From Sphyrna mokarran (Eukaryota), in assembly GCA_024679065.1 (NCBI GenBank), contig JAGIQG010000017.1, positions 40,672,001-40,736,000 of the forward strand: a stretch of 64,000 nt of DNA, read 5' to 3'. The notes under the pieces were generated by a model. It did no database searches and was not told the origin of the DNA. It was given only the letters and a program-made list of their open reading frames with translations. A program made the position numbers and the translations under genes. Shown here piece after piece: positions 23,651 to 37,503 of this stretch. The first letter of the stretch is position 1. Every line of letters starts with the position of its first letter.

Positions 23651-26600
23651 TTTTAAGTGTTTGTCTCATTAGGTGAAATAGATTTAGGTGTCCAGTCAAG
23701 TAGTTTATACCAGTACTGCTGACCTTGCTTTGAAGTGTTTGAACTGACTTTTAGATTTTTGGACAATATGCAAGACACAGCAATTCCCACACTTAAAAGG
23801 GTAAAACAGCCCAAAATGAAACATTGGGCAATTCACTTAAATTTTATTAAACCAATAAAACATTGGGGTAGTCAAATTATAAAAGAGTACCTTTTCCATG
23901 TACTACTAAAAGGAATGTTTTTTGTTTACCCTCTCCACCTAGTGCTTTGATATTTCCCACTGCTGCAGTTGCTTTATTTAACTACTTTGTTATCTAATTT
24001 ACCTGATCAAGATACTTTTGAAATTTATTGATTCAAAGTCTATCTTATTTGGTATTGGTTTGTATCTTTCATCTCTTTCTGTTTTGGTTGTATACTTAAA
24101 TTATGCTGCTCTAATTTGACTCATCAGTTTGATATTTGCTGTCTCTTGAACATTCTCATCCAATTACTTTCCAACATCAATTTATAATGCTGTTTTTTAA
24201 GCATTCTCCCAGTTATCATATGACTTCAGTATTTAAGGTTCCATGTTCACAATAATGTTGTTCAATACATAACGTCTAAGTATTCTTCTGTTTGTCATCA
24301 GGTTAATTCGATAATTGCGCAGAAACTCCATGTTCCCAGATGTATTGTTTGTAATCGCTACTCCGTGGTTTTATTCTTTAACTGTCTTGTTGAACTGCCT
24401 ATGTAAATCATTTATCTTTTCTATTGATCTTGAACCCAATCTCTAACTCATCCAAACTTTCCCATAATAAATTTAGAGATTGGGTGATCGAAATCATCCC
24501 CGTTTTATTCTTCTGGTGTTCATGGAGTTCCATTCTTACTATTTCTTGATGTGCAAAATGATCCTTCACTCATCTCTCCCTGCTTGTATTTAGGGATCCC
24601 AGTATTGCAATATGCTATTAAGCTAGCAGCATGCCATCACTAGAAGGAAAATGGGTCATGTGATGCAGTCTCAGTTCCACTTTAGGCTCTGAACAGAGCA
24701 CAGCACACGCAACTCTACTGTGGTTTCAAGTTTCCTACTTGTTGTATAGTTGGCCTTATGTTCCTATTCTTAATACATTAAATAAATAAATTCCTGATTT
24801 GTGCTGGGGTATAAATCATTATAAAAGCTCAATGATCTGACATCAAACAAGATTGATTTCTATCTCAACAAGAAGCACAATTATAGCCCCTTACCATCTT
24901 CTCATGTGACATTAGCGAGTCATCTCAAATTAGCAATGGAAAGTGAACTTTTCTAGATTTGTATGTTTAATTTACTCACTTGAAAAACCAAGTAGTGAGG
25001 GGACCTTAAAGTTCCTCTTTCATTATTAGCTTTGTCAAAAAATCCTTTCTGCATGTGATTACTTTCTTTGGTTGATTTTCTTGATTTATTTTTGATGTTC
25101 AAAAATCTACTTTGCCAACCTTTCCTAGATAGTAATGTAATCAGTTCGTATATATTATTGCACTCCAATTAGTGTAACAATAGAAATGGATTTGTTATGC
25201 TCTTTATAATGGGTTATAAATAAAAACCAATTGCGGTTTCTTCCACCTAAATACAAAGCTGTTTGTGAAATCAGTAAATACAATTCAGCATTTTGTTACT
25301 GAGGATTAACGTACTATTTTTATACATAAATGGAGTGACAGAATAATTCCCTTAATCTGGTTATTATATATAGCAATTCACTGCTTAATCATTTTCTTTA
25401 CAAATAACTGTAAACTTCAGAGGCATAAAATCATTCAGGAATTTAACATGTGAACTCAAAATTATATAATTTACCACACAAAAGCTTATCAAAATGAGGT
25501 TGTCAAATGGATGGGTCTATTTGTTTATATCTTTCTTGTTTGTTTCAAGGTGAGGTTTTTAGAGCATAGTATATTTTTTGTAAATTAGTTTATTACTGGC
25601 TACTGTTTTCCAAAGTTAGAAGATGTACTATGCTTCAGAGTTCAGAGGCATAGTTAATTATTAAATGACATTATTTTTAATTGTTATTGTCATTGACTGT
25701 CCTCAATTCGAAGATGATGGCTACTTCGTTGCGTGTTTCTTCTGTGGGTTTTCATCTGACTGAACGATTCTTCACCTGCAGATCATTGGACATATAGGGC
25801 TGAATGTTCCACGTGGTCATGGGATTGGAGCATAGGATTTTATTCCTCCTTATTGCCACTATGCTGTAGTATTATGGTGTTTGGACTCAAAAGCATGATG
25901 CAGTTTGATGGACAAGTTGTTGCTATTTTGGGCAATTCGATAAGTCTCCTTCTCCAAGCAATATCAATGGTGTATTGCATTTCAACAAGAACTTCAGAAT
26001 TCTTGGAAGTTTTTTTCTTTTTTTCCCCGGCAGTCTGGCCATTTGAAAGTTTAAAAAATTTGGGCTAGGTGGACTTTTCAGCCTTCTGGACAGTGACCAG
26101 TCCATCATAGGTGACAGTTACTTTGCAATAGCTTTGACAATTGTAGTGGAGCTGTTTTCAAGAAGAACATTCGCGTTTGTTCAGCAGTATCCTGTTGAAT
26201 CCAGAAGATGCATTGAAGTATTGGTGATGTAATTTCTTAAGCTCCTATGTATTGGTAAGTCCAGTCTTACCACAGGAGGTTTTTTAAGACACTTGCAAAT
26301 TAATTTTTACTATAGCCTAAATGTAGGTATGGCAACTGATCTACATCCTATGAGTTTTGAGGATTTGTGGAAATTTTTTTGCCAAACACTTGCTGCTGTA
26401 GTTTGTAATTGATCTGACGCAGCTGAGCTGGTGTTGAATCTCCTCATCAAAAGTGGCTTTTTGAAAGCATTATCTGTCAAGGTATAGGAACTGCTGTACA
26501 TATTCCAGAATCTCTCCTCCAATAGATATGGGAGGTGGACTATTCAGCTGGCCAGGTCTGAGTTGATGCATGAATTTTGCTTTGGCCACATTTAAGTATA

Positions 26601-26697
26601 GGTTGTGTCTCTTGTATGTCAAACTAAAGAAATTGAATGTGGCTTGTATATAAAGCAGACCAGTAAGAACACTGCAGTCATCTTCACATTATAGATT

Positions 26698-27000
26698 GTG
26701 GGCAGCACGGTGGTTAGCATTGCTACCTCAGAGTGTCAGGAACTTGGGTTCAATTCCAGCGTCTGGTCACTTTGTGAAGTTTGCGCATTCCCCTCTGTGG
26801 GTTTCCTTCGGGTGCCTCAGTTTCCTCCCACAGTCCAGAGAAGTGCAGGTTAAGTTGATTGGCAATGCTAAATTGACCCTAGTGTTGGGATTGGCAACGT
26901 AGATATGTGGAGTTGCAGAAGTGGAGGCTGGGTGGGATTGTGGTCAGTGCATATTTAATTGACCAAATGATGGCCTCCTGTATTGTAGAGGTTCTAAGAT
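26698..27000 (+). mobile_element. V-SINE (HE1-like)
   Basis: GGGCAGCACGGTGGTTAGCATTGCT...GGGTTCAATTCC...GGGTTTCC...TTTCCTCCCACAGTCCA, followed by a CR1-like tail. Confidence 0.85.
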
Positions 27001-27019
27001 CTATATATGTCTGTAGTGG

Positions 27020-27212
27020 TATCGTAGAATCTCTATATTGCAAGCCTGCACTAATAACAATCTCACCCAGGCTGTATCCCTGTAAACCATATATTTACCC
27101 TTTTATAATCTTCCTGACTCTAAGGGGCAATTGAACATAGTCAATCAATCTAACCCACACATCTTTAGACTGAGAAGAAGCTGCAGCACCAAGAGGAAAC
27201 CCATGCAGACTC
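27020..27212 (-). mobile_element. V-SINE (HE1-like), 5'-truncated
   Basis: The minus strand reads GTCTGCATGGGTTTCCTCTTGGTGCTGCAGCTTCTTCTCAGTCTAAAGATGTGTGGGTTAGATTGATTGAC. Confidence 0.8.
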
Positions 27213-27454
27213 TGTTAGTTGTCACATGAAGGTGACTCTTAATTCCAGGTGATTAATACTCACACCAGAGGGCAAATGATTATTGAGATGAAAACTAATA
27301 TCAGGTAGATTGTAAGTAGTACAGGGGGCTATCACACAGCTTTGCTTGACACTGACCCGGATTTTGAAGGCACCTGAGGTGTTTGAGATCTCCCATGCAA
27401 GATAATTGCAGCCATACCCTTATGAAGCAGTTGCAGGATTTAATACCAAGATTG

Positions 27455-27970
27455 ACTAAGGAAATTTGGCATGTCAGCTATGATTCTCACCAACTTTTAC
27501 AGAAAACTTACACATAAAAAGCATTCTTTCTGGTTGTATCACAACATGGTATGGCTCCTGCTCTGCCCAAAACCTCATGGAACTACAAAAAAATCATGGA
27601 TGTTGCCCATCTCAAACCAGGTTGCCATCCATTGAGTCTGTCTACACTTTCTGCTGCCTCGGCAAAGCAGCCAGCATAATTAAGTACCCCATGCACCCCA
27701 GACACTCTGTTCCACCTTCTTCAATCAGGAAAAACGTACAAAAGTCTGAGGTCTCATAACAACTGACTCGAGCAGCTTCTTTCCTGTTGCTATCAGACTT
27801 TTTGAAAGGACTTATCTTGCATTAAGTTGATCTTTGTTTACACCGTAGCTATGACTGTAACACTACATTCTGTGCTCTCGTTTCCTTCTCTATTGTCAGT
27901 ATGCTTTCTGAAGCGCGCAAGAAACAGTACTTTTCACCGTTAATACATGTAACAATAATAAATCAAATCG
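27455..27970 (+). mobile_element. Rex1/Babar-clade LINE 3' end
   Basis: Encodes LRKFGMS..ILTNFYR...SILSGCITTWYG and ends in AATAATAAATCAAATC. Homologous to 34780-35250 and 40811-41450. Confidence 0.8.
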
Positions 27971-29059
27971 AGTCAAAACACCTGGAGAAGAATCGTTAGT
28001 GGAAAATCGGGTAACAAAAACCAGTGCAAATGCCCTCCTTTTGAAGTGTTCTCAGCATAGCCTCATTATAACAAATGCCCCCTTCCACCAAAAGGACAGA
28101 CACAGTACCAGTGCAAGCATCCTAAATCAAAGTACTGCCTGTCCTGGATTGCGTCATTTGTTCAAGACAAAGATCTAAACAATATCTGTATCTTTTTGAT
28201 TCATGTGCACAAATCACCAAATTGTTCGATTTGATGCTGAATATCAGCCTGACACCAAGGAATTACATGACCCAAAAGTCCAGGATGAGGATGATCAATG
28301 TAGTGTCTCATTCCTAAGCCCAATCTGAAGGAAATAATTACTCGTGTGATGAGTTGCCATAAGTATATATTTATGTAAGGTTATTTGCATAATGTTTGTC
28401 ATTGCATAATAGCCAGAAGGTGAAAAAATAAATGTGTTTATAGCAATATTGTTCAAATCTAGTTTTTCCTGTTTGCTCCTTTTCCTCTCATGAGATCCAA
28501 AAGTATTATTTCAATAATTACAGACAATATCATATCCAAATCAGATGTATATCAATTTCAGAATTGCTTTGCAATCCATGTTTCGGGAATGTTGTATATT
28601 AGAGAGATGTTTTATATATATATATAATATATGTTAATGATTCAGATTTTAAGTATTTGGTTTGGTTGTACTTTAAAGTTCATTAAAAACCCTTGTTGGT
28701 TCTGCTGTTCGGAATCAACTTTTCAGTAACATGATTTTCAAGGTTAAAAGGTGCAAAGCTTCATTCTATAAATACCTTAATTGTGTTTGCCGCAGGCAAA
28801 TCATTGTGAGACTTGTAAAGGTGATTGTAGTTGTTGCATTAGGTAACTTCATTGAGAATTCATGTAACATGTTTTTATTAATCATTGCAATAAATGCTTT
28901 CATAATAGAGTACCATTTACTAAATAGTAAGATTACATTAAAAGGTGGCAATCTTGATGGTATTGTTGAACAAAATTAGATGTCCTTTCTGATGTTTTAG
29001 TACTCTCAGGAAGAAATGGCATTTAAATGTTTGAGTTTTTGAGATGTAATGAACCAATT

Positions 29060-29470
29060 TGTATGAAATTATTGGGCTCCGTTCTCTGCTTGTTGTGTAG
29101 TTTAGCCTTGATTATTCCAACATACTCCTAATTGGCTTCTTGCTTCCTTCCATAAACTTGAGGTTATCCAAAATTCTGTTGCCCATGCCCTAACTTACAC
29201 TAAGATAATGTCATTAATTACCTGTGTTCAGAGATTGACATTGGTTAAGTAATAACTTGATTTTCAAATCCCTCTGTCTCTCTTTCATCCTGACTTAAAG
29301 CAATATCACTGTTGCTAGGTCAAAAACCTGGAGCTTTTTCTGTTCCAACACTGTGCGTGTACCACATGGGCTGCAGCAGTGCCAGCAGCTATCTTACCAT
29401 CATCTTGAGTGCAATTAGGAATGGACAATAAATACTGGCCTAGCTGGTGTTGGTCACATTCCAAGAATTA
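29060..29470 (+). mobile_element. L2 fragment joined to a CR1/L2-group LINE tail
   Basis: CTTGATTATTCCAAC (LDYSN) and CATAAACTTGAGGTTATCCAAAATTCTG, then GGTCAAAAACCTGG...GGACAATAAATACTGGCC. Confidence 0.6.
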
Positions 29471-29914
29471 TTACTTTTTAAGTGATGGTAAAGGAACCAC
29501 AATGTTGAATGTTCTTGGTGAACGATCTGCCCACCCCATGGAGTTCTTCTGCTTGCAAACTTGGCCTTGTCATCAGCCTTTTTTATAAAGGGGAAATAGA
29601 AATCTTGGTTGCTGGTTCAGAAGCAGCATCACATGAAGGATCCTTGATGTGAAGGGTAATGTCAGATCCTTGAGGGTTGTGTTGCATTTAATTGGGTCCT
29701 CATCATGTCTGAACCTGGTCAGTAGAAGAAACATTTCATTAGCACCATGTCCCACCTGGTCACTGAGCAATGACTTCTCTTAACTCACCCTAGGATCTCT
29801 TCAGTTTGTCAGTGCTTTATGGAGGAAGTTGTGTGTTTGGGCCAGTTTATCCAGTGTATTTTGAGCTCAAACAAATGCATCTAGTGCAAAGTTTACGTAA
29901 TGAGAGGGACCCTA

Positions 29915-30960
29915 GAGTTGGCATCAGCAGATGCTTTTCTGGTTGGCAGTTGCTGACTAGTGGAGTGCTGGGGTCTCAACTGTTTACCATTTACATAAAC
30001 AATTGGAGGAGGGGACTGAGTGTAGGGTAACAAAATTTGCTGATGACACAAAGATGAGTGTAAAAGTGAATTGCATGGAGGGCGTGGAAAATCTGCAGAG
30101 AGATCTGGATGGGCTGAGTGGGTGGATGAGGACCTGGCAGATCAAGTATAACGTTAGCAAATGTGAGGTTATCCACTTTGATAGAATTAATAGGAGGGAT
30201 TATTATTTAAAGGGTGAAAAGTTGCAGCATGTTACTGTGCAGAGAGCCCTGGGGGTCCTTGTGCACAAATCGCAAAAACTCAGTCTGCAAGTGCAGCAGG
30301 TGATCAAGAAGGCTAATGGAATGTTGGCCTTTATCGCAAGAGGGATAGAATATAAAAGCAGGGAGGTCTTGCTGCAACTGCACAAGGCACTGGTGAGGCC
30401 GCAGCTGAAGTACTGTTTGAAGTTTTGATCCCCTTATTTGCGAAAGGATATATTGGCCTTGGAGGGAGTACAGAGAAGGTTCACCAGGCTGATACCGAAG
30501 ATGAGGGGGTTAGCTTATGAGGAGAGATTGAATAGACTACGCCTGTACTCATTAAAGTTTAAAAGGCTAAGGGGGGATCTTACAAGGTAATGAAAGGGCT
30601 AGATAGGGTAGAGGTAGAGAGATTTTTTCCATTTAGGAAGGAAAACAGAACTAGAGGGCACAGCCTCAAAATAAGGCGGGGGGGGGGGGGGGGACAGTTT
30701 AGAATGAAGTTGAGGAGGAACTTTTTCACTCAAATGGTGGTGAATCTCTGGAATTCACTGCCCGTTGAAGTGCAGGAAGCTCTCTTTCGAATATATTGAA
30801 GTCATGGATAGATAGATTTCTGATAGACAAGGGAATTAGGGTTATGGAAGAAAGCGGAAATGAATAACTGATCCACCAGATCAGCCATATGTTATTGAAT
30901 GGCGGGCAGGCTCGAAGGGCTAGAGGGCCTGTTCCTGCTCCTATTTCTTAGGTTCTTGTG
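29915..30960 (+). mobile_element. CR1 3' fragment (RT C-terminus to tail)
   Basis: ORFs 30003-30428 (KFADDTK...LQRDLD...KCEVIHF...ALVRPQL) and 30590-30799 (TRGHSLK...FFTQMVVNLWNSLP). Tail CCTGCTCCTATTTCTTAGGTTCTT. Confidence 0.92.
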
Positions 30961-31269
30961 CTATAGTTTGCACAAGATGAATATTTTTTGATATTCATGA
31001 AAACTAGTTTGAACGTCGCAAAAATTCTGTTATGTTACTCTGGTTCAGTCATTTCCAAACTTGTAGCAATAGGTAGATAGAAGATGAACAGTCTTTTTGA
31101 AACTTGATTGCTGTGTTTCTCAAGTATATTGTGAACTTTCAAAAAAAGTATGAAGAGTAGTGATGTCGTCAAAACAATATATTTGTAATGGTCACAGACA
31201 AATACTGCATTTAAATATATTATTAATGCATGTGTGACATTGAATTCTCTTTATATATGAAGAGGATAT

Positions 31270-32010
31270 TATTGATGGATTTCAAGAAGGCAAAGACAGC
31301 TGGTGGTTTAGCAGGTATAAAAGTAGATGAAAGTTAATGATGTGCAAAATGATACATTTTAATGAGAAAAATGAGAAGTAATAAAGGATAAAATCTGAAA
31401 GAGGGGTAGGAGCAGAGGGATGTAGGGAATGCACGTGCACAAATGATTTAAGGTGGTGGCTTGAAGTGGTTAATGAGGCATATGGGATCCTGGGCTTTAT
31501 AAATAGTGACATAGAGTGCAAAAGCAAAAGTTATGATGAACCTTAATAAAACATTAATTTATCTCAACTGGAGTATTAGGTCTAATTCTGGGTACCTTAT
31601 CTTAGGAAGGATATAAAGGTGAGGGAAATGGTTGAGAAAAGATTTGAGAATGATCCCCGGTATGAAGGACTTTGGGACAGATTGAAGAAGCGGAGGCTGT
31701 TCTGAGAGAAGATTTGCCAAGAGATATTCAAGATAGTGAGGCATCTGGACAGAATAGATGGAGAGAAATTATTCATTGGCAGAAAGATGAAGGAGTGGAG
31801 GATAGCTTTTTAAAGGTGAATGACCAACAAAACAAAGGTAATGTGAAGAAAACCTTTTATGCAAAAGATAGTTAAAATCTGGGATGCCAGAAAGTTTGAA
31901 GGAGGCAGATTTGGTCCTGGCATTCAGAAGGGAATTGGATAACTATCTGCAGAGAAAAAGAGTCGGTGAAAGTGGCCCCCTATGTTCTAAATGTTATGCT
32001 ATGATCTATA
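31270..32010 (+). mobile_element. Older CR1 3' fragment
   Basis: GAGGCATATGGGATCCTGGGCTTTATAAATAG, CAACTGGAGTATT, GGAGGCAGATT, GGGAATTGGATAA. Confidence 0.8.
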
Positions 32011-33654
32011 ATATAATTAAAGCAATTGTACATTGCACACACTTTCCATAAGTAGCATTCTTTGTGTAACACAGTCCCCATCACTATAAATCAGTATATA
32101 AGAGACTGTCAAAGTACAGGACGTTGGTTATAAACTATTCTTGTTCAACTGAAAACTCTAAAGGTACAGATTGAAATGAATGACTTTATTTGTTTGAATA
32201 ACTATGGACCCATAATTGAATATTATGTGAATAAATGTGAGTTTTCCATCCGTTGATGAATAGAATGTAAGTTTTTAGTTTGTATCATTTGCCAATTTAT
32301 AATCCAACATTGTTGTGTCTCTGATCATAAAGAAAAAGCTACATTAAAAAAATGACCCTGATTGGCAATTTTGTTTCCTCAAGGAAACAATAATATTAAT
32401 TTTAATAATTTAATTTTAAATTTAATAATTTTAGCTAGATTGGAAACTCCTTTGAACTCAAAAGCATTCTGGCATATTCCACTCAATTTCTTTATTTTAA
32501 AAAAACCAATATATTATTTAAAAGTCTTCTCTATTATGTGCTGTAGGGATTGTCAGTATGACCAATAGGCAACATATCCTAATTGGCTGGACCCACAAAG
32601 ATAACTGTAGGCCCTGGAAACATTCCTTTAGGAACAATGGGAAATTGTGCTTACAGGGTGTAGATCAGCAGAGAGCCAGGTGCAGAGCTGCTGCCATCTT
32701 TGCAAGGAGACTTGAAGTTGCTATGCAGCATTAGGTAAATATTAGCTCTTCAGGTATGTTATACTACTAATATATGCAGATGCTGCTACAGAGTGGCCAC
32801 CCTTCTCATACATATCTTATGTGGTACCACTTCCACATCAAACAGTGGTCAGCTATTAGGTTACGCTGATTACTTGCAGACTTATGCCTACATTTTGGCT
32901 TTGCTTTATTTTCCCTTTATTTATTTTAGCTAGGACTTGTTCATCCTGTTCCCTTTCAGCTTTGGTAGAAGCTGTTGTGAAGAAATGTGGACATTAGCTA
33001 TCTTGTACATAAATCACAATTTTCTGGAGAGACGTGCAACTGGCTGTGGCAGCCAAAGAACATCTCAATCACAAAATGGCTTGTATGTTTGAGTAATTTG
33101 AAAATTTTTACTCTAAAATATTCCACCTTCTAAGAACTGAGGAAACTCATTTCAGTTCTGTGAAACAAGACTCAAGAGTTCCCTTGCTAACCAGTGTTCA
33201 TTTTTATTTTGTGCAGTATAAATTATTTCCTTTACAATTTGATATTGTTACCAATTATCCTGAAGGGTACAGGAAAATAAGTTTTGACAGCATTTTTTCA
33301 GCAACAAAAGTTCTGTTCCAGCAAGTAAACTTGGAAGATTCAAATGATTCTTCTCCTCATTGCTTGATTAGATTTGGTGATTAATAAAATCACTTTTTAA
33401 ATAATTTTCAGTCCATTTTGAAATATTTAAGCTTATTATATGTTTCAGCAATCCCTTCAGAAAGAAACAACATCACAAATCAGTTTTTAGGACAAATAAT
33501 TTGCAACAAGATCTGATATTTTAATTTTGGGGTTGTAGTGAATGCTTTTTATTAGCTTGATTGACTTTGGTCTAGGTATAGTTATTTCAAATAGTATTGC
33601 TTGGCACAACTGTGTTTCATGACACGAAGATGATTGTCACTTTTGTTTCTAAAA

Positions 33655-35250
33655 GATGGTAATGGACTAAGCTAGAGTCCCAGGTTAGCCACATAAACTG
33701 CCACTCCCTATGGCAAGGTTTGCAAGCCACAACAAGCTACAAGATCAAGGCATGTAGAATTGCCAGCACGCCCTTGGCCCCAGAAACGTGGATGAATCTA
33801 TCTCTGAGGTCACCACCATCATCATTCCTCACAGCAGCCTTCTCAAAAATCAACCCATGAAAAGCGACTCACATGGATGGGATACCTGGATGAGCAGTCA
33901 GATCCTGCACCGACCAGTTGGCGGGGGTATTTGTAGACATCTTTAACCTCTCTTTACACCAATCTAAGGTCTCTATCTGCCTCAAAAAGATGGCTGTCAT
34001 TCCGGTAACAAAGAAAAGCCAGGCAGTGTGCCATAATGACTATCGTCTGACTCTGACATCCATCATTATGAAGTGCTTTGAAAGTTAGTCATGGCATGAA
34101 CCAGTTCCGGACTCTCATTGCCTGGATCCACTACAATTTGCCTACTGCTGCAACAGGTCCACAGCAGATGCTATCTCCCTGGCCTTGCACTCAACCCTGG
34201 TACACCAAGACAACAAAGACATATGTCAGACTTCTATTTACTGATTACAGCTCAGCCTTCAACACCATTATTCCTACAAAATCATCTCAACTCAGTGGCT
34301 TGGGTTTTGGCTCCTCCCTCTTCAATTGGACCCTGAATTTCCTAGACCATAGTCAGTAAGGATAGGCAATGGACGTGTCCATTATCATCCTCAATATGGG
34401 TACTCCACACAGCTGTGTCCTCAGCCCTTACACACCTATGATTCTGTGGCCAAATTCCCTTCCAAACTGATTTTCAAGTTTGCTGTTGTCACCACCATTG
34501 TTCGAATTGTGATCCACTATGATAGTGTACAGGAAAGAGAGAATCTGGTGAACTGGTGCAAGAACAATAATCCCCCTCAATGTCAGTAAAATAAAGGAAA
34601 TAGTCATCGACTTCTAGAAGCATAGTAGAGAACATGTCCCTGTTTACATCAATGGGAACAAAGTGGAAATGGTTGACATCTTTGGGTTTCTAGGTGTTCA
34701 GATCACTAACAACCTGTCCTGGTCCCTGATGTAGATGCTATCGTTAAAAAAGCCCACCAACATCTGTACTTTCTGAGGAAGCTAAGGAAATTTGGCATGT
34801 CCAACTTTTACAGATGCACCATAGAAACTATTCTTCACAGTTTAGTATGGCTCCTGTATCCAAAATTGCAAAGAAAAACTACGAAAGGGTCTTGACTGAA
34901 GCCCAGTCCATTATGCAAACCAGCCTCTCATCTATTGATTTTACACTTACTGCTGCTTCAGAAAAACATCGTAAAGATCATCATGCACCTCGGGCATTCT
35001 CTCTTCCACCACCTTCCATTGGAAAAAAGTCAGAGGGCACTTACCAACTGACTCGAGAACAGTGTCTTCCTTGCTGTCATCAGATTTTTGAACAACATAC
35101 AGTATTAAGTTGCTCTTTCTCTTTACACCCTAGCTATGACAAACACTAGGTTTTGCACTCTCCCCTTCTCTAGTGTGGTATGCTTTGTCTGTATTGTGCA
35201 CAAGAAACAATACTTTTCAATCTATTCTAATAGATGTGACAAATCAAATA
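33655..35250 (+). mobile_element. Rex1/Babar-clade LINE RT and 3' end (degenerate)
   Basis: [19 protein letters not shown], a PQGCVLSP-like motif (CCACACAGCTGTGTCCTCAGCCC), YFLRKLRKFGM, and tail GACAAATCAAAT. Confidence 0.85.
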
Positions 35251-35409
35251 TATACTGTTTATAAATTATTGGTATTTTCATTTTGTTTCATTACTACTTT
35301 CAATTTAAATAATTTTTATGGAGGAAAGGTAAGTTCACTAACTTCTCTGATCACCCATCCATGAACAGGATTTTTTAATTTGCTTCCCCCTTCACAACTC
35401 CAATTTTGG

Positions 35410-35937
35410 TGTTGTAAAATTATTTTTATTAGTAATTCCACAGCAAAGTTAGTACAGGATGAACTCAAAGGGTTAATTTATTTATACATACACAAACACG
35501 AGAGGGGATGGCAGTATAGCCCCCTTTGCATCAATAAAGTAAAAGAGAGATAATGTAATGGTATTGCCGTTCCAGTACCAGAATCAACATCCAGTGAGGT
35601 ATTCCTTTCCACTGATCAGCAGATTGAAAAATCAGTGATGTACAATTCAATTCATGTGATAGGCACAGATAGGGGAATCTGTCTTGTAGGCGATGGTACA
35701 GAAGTTCCAGCAGAAACAGTGTAGATGTGGCCGGATATTCAATCTGGGCAGAGCCAAGTTCCCTTTGAATTTAATCTGTGCAGCCCATGTGTTATTACTG
35801 TCTGTTCAGAGATAGCAAGAACATATGTTTTCTTGAAACTGCCAGATAGCACCTTTTGTTCAGCCATTTTTAAAAGCCTTTGTCCAGCTTTTAAAATTTT
35901 AGAAATATTCATGAGGATATATGTATATTTCATAAAA
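35410..35937 (-). mobile_element. Possible solo LTR
   Basis: Starts TGTTGTAAA and ends TTTCATAAAA (decayed ...ATAACA). TTTATT near the left end, as in a minus-strand LTR. No homolog in the window. Confidence 0.3.
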
Positions 35938-36665
35938 AGATAATGTCGTTATCCCTTCACAAAGAAAATGGCATTCACTGCAGACTATTTAACAATTTAT
36001 ATTAAGGTTTTAGAAAAGGTTGATTTATCAAAAGTAAACAAACCAATAGCGTGTGGTTTACAGCATTTAAACTATGATGCTAAAATCCTAGTATTTTTAA
36101 CTAATGTGCACTAAATTGCCATAAAACATGGGCAGAGTTGATCTGGTAAACAGGAAGGCAGATTACATTCAGCTTGCGGGGTGAGCCACAGAGGTAAGTG
36201 TCCAGAAATCTCCTTGTGAAAAGTGACTGTAGAACAGTAGCATGGAGATGGAAAGAAGATCTCAGTACTTGGATCATATTTTTATCAAAGTTATTCTGTT
36301 CTGTTGGTTTTGATATAATTGTAGGTGATTTAACATTACCACAGAAAACATTTGATTCAGGTTGACACTGACATTGGAAGTTGTTATAAAAGGGGTTTGA
36401 TGCTGCATTGTTTGTATCAATGGTAAAAGAAGATGTAGATTTTAATTCAATAAATAACTGTTCCTCAATGTTATTTGAAAACAGCTGTTAGAAATTAATA
36501 GATTTGGTTCAGATACTTTCTCTGGTTCAACACCAGTAATTTATTTCTCTAGCATCTACCATGATCAGGATTTATTGATCCTGTGACCTGGGACTGGTGT
36601 ACTGAGTCCCTTTTTTGTGTGCACTGCACACTGACATATTGTACATGCTCCATGTCTTTTTCTCT

Positions 36666-36982
36666 TGGAGGTGATGGGCTAGTGGTATTATCACGCTGCT
36701 AATGTTCAAATCCTGCCACGGCAGATGGTGGAATTTGAATTCAATATTTTTTAAAAGTCTGGAATCATCTACTGATGATCATAGAACCATTGTCGGAAAA
36801 ACTTATCACTAATTCACTAATGTCCTTTAGAGGAGGAAATCTGCCACCCTTTCCTGGTCTGCCTACATGTGACTCCAGAGCCACAATGATGTAATTGACT
36901 TTAAACTGCCTTGGGCAAGTAGGGATGGACAAAAAATACTGGCTAGCCAGTGATGCCCATATTCCAGGAATGAATTAAAAAA
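36666..36982 (+). mobile_element. tRNA-derived SINE with Meta-like central domain
   Basis: GATGGGCTAGTGGTATT...GTTCAAATCC, core AACCATTGTCGGAAAAAC...TTCACTAATGTCCTTTAGAGGAGGAAATCTGCC...CCTACATGTGACTCCAGAGCCAC, tail GGGATGGACAAAAAATACTGGC...GAATGAATTAAAAAA. Confidence 0.8.
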
Positions 36983-37503
36983 CCAGAATAACTAATCCTC
37001 TAGTGAGATGTGGACAGTTGTAAGACAATAGACTAAAATATTTTATGTACACACCAATATATCTAACACAGTTTGAGCCTCTAGTACTCTTTGTAACACC
37101 TAAGATAATACATTGTGCAAATCTAGCTTCACTTACAAGTTCATATTTGTTGGTTTGAAAGTTTTCTTCCCATGTTTCCAAATACAAACGATTACAGATT
37201 GTCATTGTTTCAGTTCAACATAAAACCAAAGAGGTAACCTCTGCCTGTTGGCCCCTTCAACCTCACACCTCAGCTTTGTGCCAGCAATTGACTTAATTGA
37301 GTTGGCATCCTTTCTTCGTGAGGGTATCCTGGTAGTTTTCTCCTACTCTGCCCAAATTAAGGCGGGCTATCTCCATTTCAGTAACCCCTGCATATGGTTA
37401 TGAGGTTAAGGCCTGCTGATATAAACTTCTCAAAGCACTGTGCAGAATTAGTACCAGTAGATAGATCTCCGATTTACTGTTCAAGTTTCTTTCCTCTTAT
37501 TAC

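Larger units (their letters stand above)
25690..28330 (-). mobile_element. Degenerate RTE-clade LINE hosting nested V-SINEs and a Rex1 fragment
   Basis: The left end GTCCTCAATTCGAAGATGATGG...CAGATCATTGGACATATAGGG matches the left end of the 20335 element. Continuation beyond 27212 is less certain. Confidence 0.55.

Noticed and set aside
28780-28850. Possible cryptic exon (..GCCGCAG|GCAAAT...AG|GT)
   Set aside because: Splice-like motifs alone are common in long introns, and there is no recognisable coding similarity.
30678-30693. Poly-G run (also G-runs at ~8563-8578) as a G-quadruplex signal
   Set aside because: Homopolymer expansion inside a CR1, prone to sequencing error; no evidence of function.
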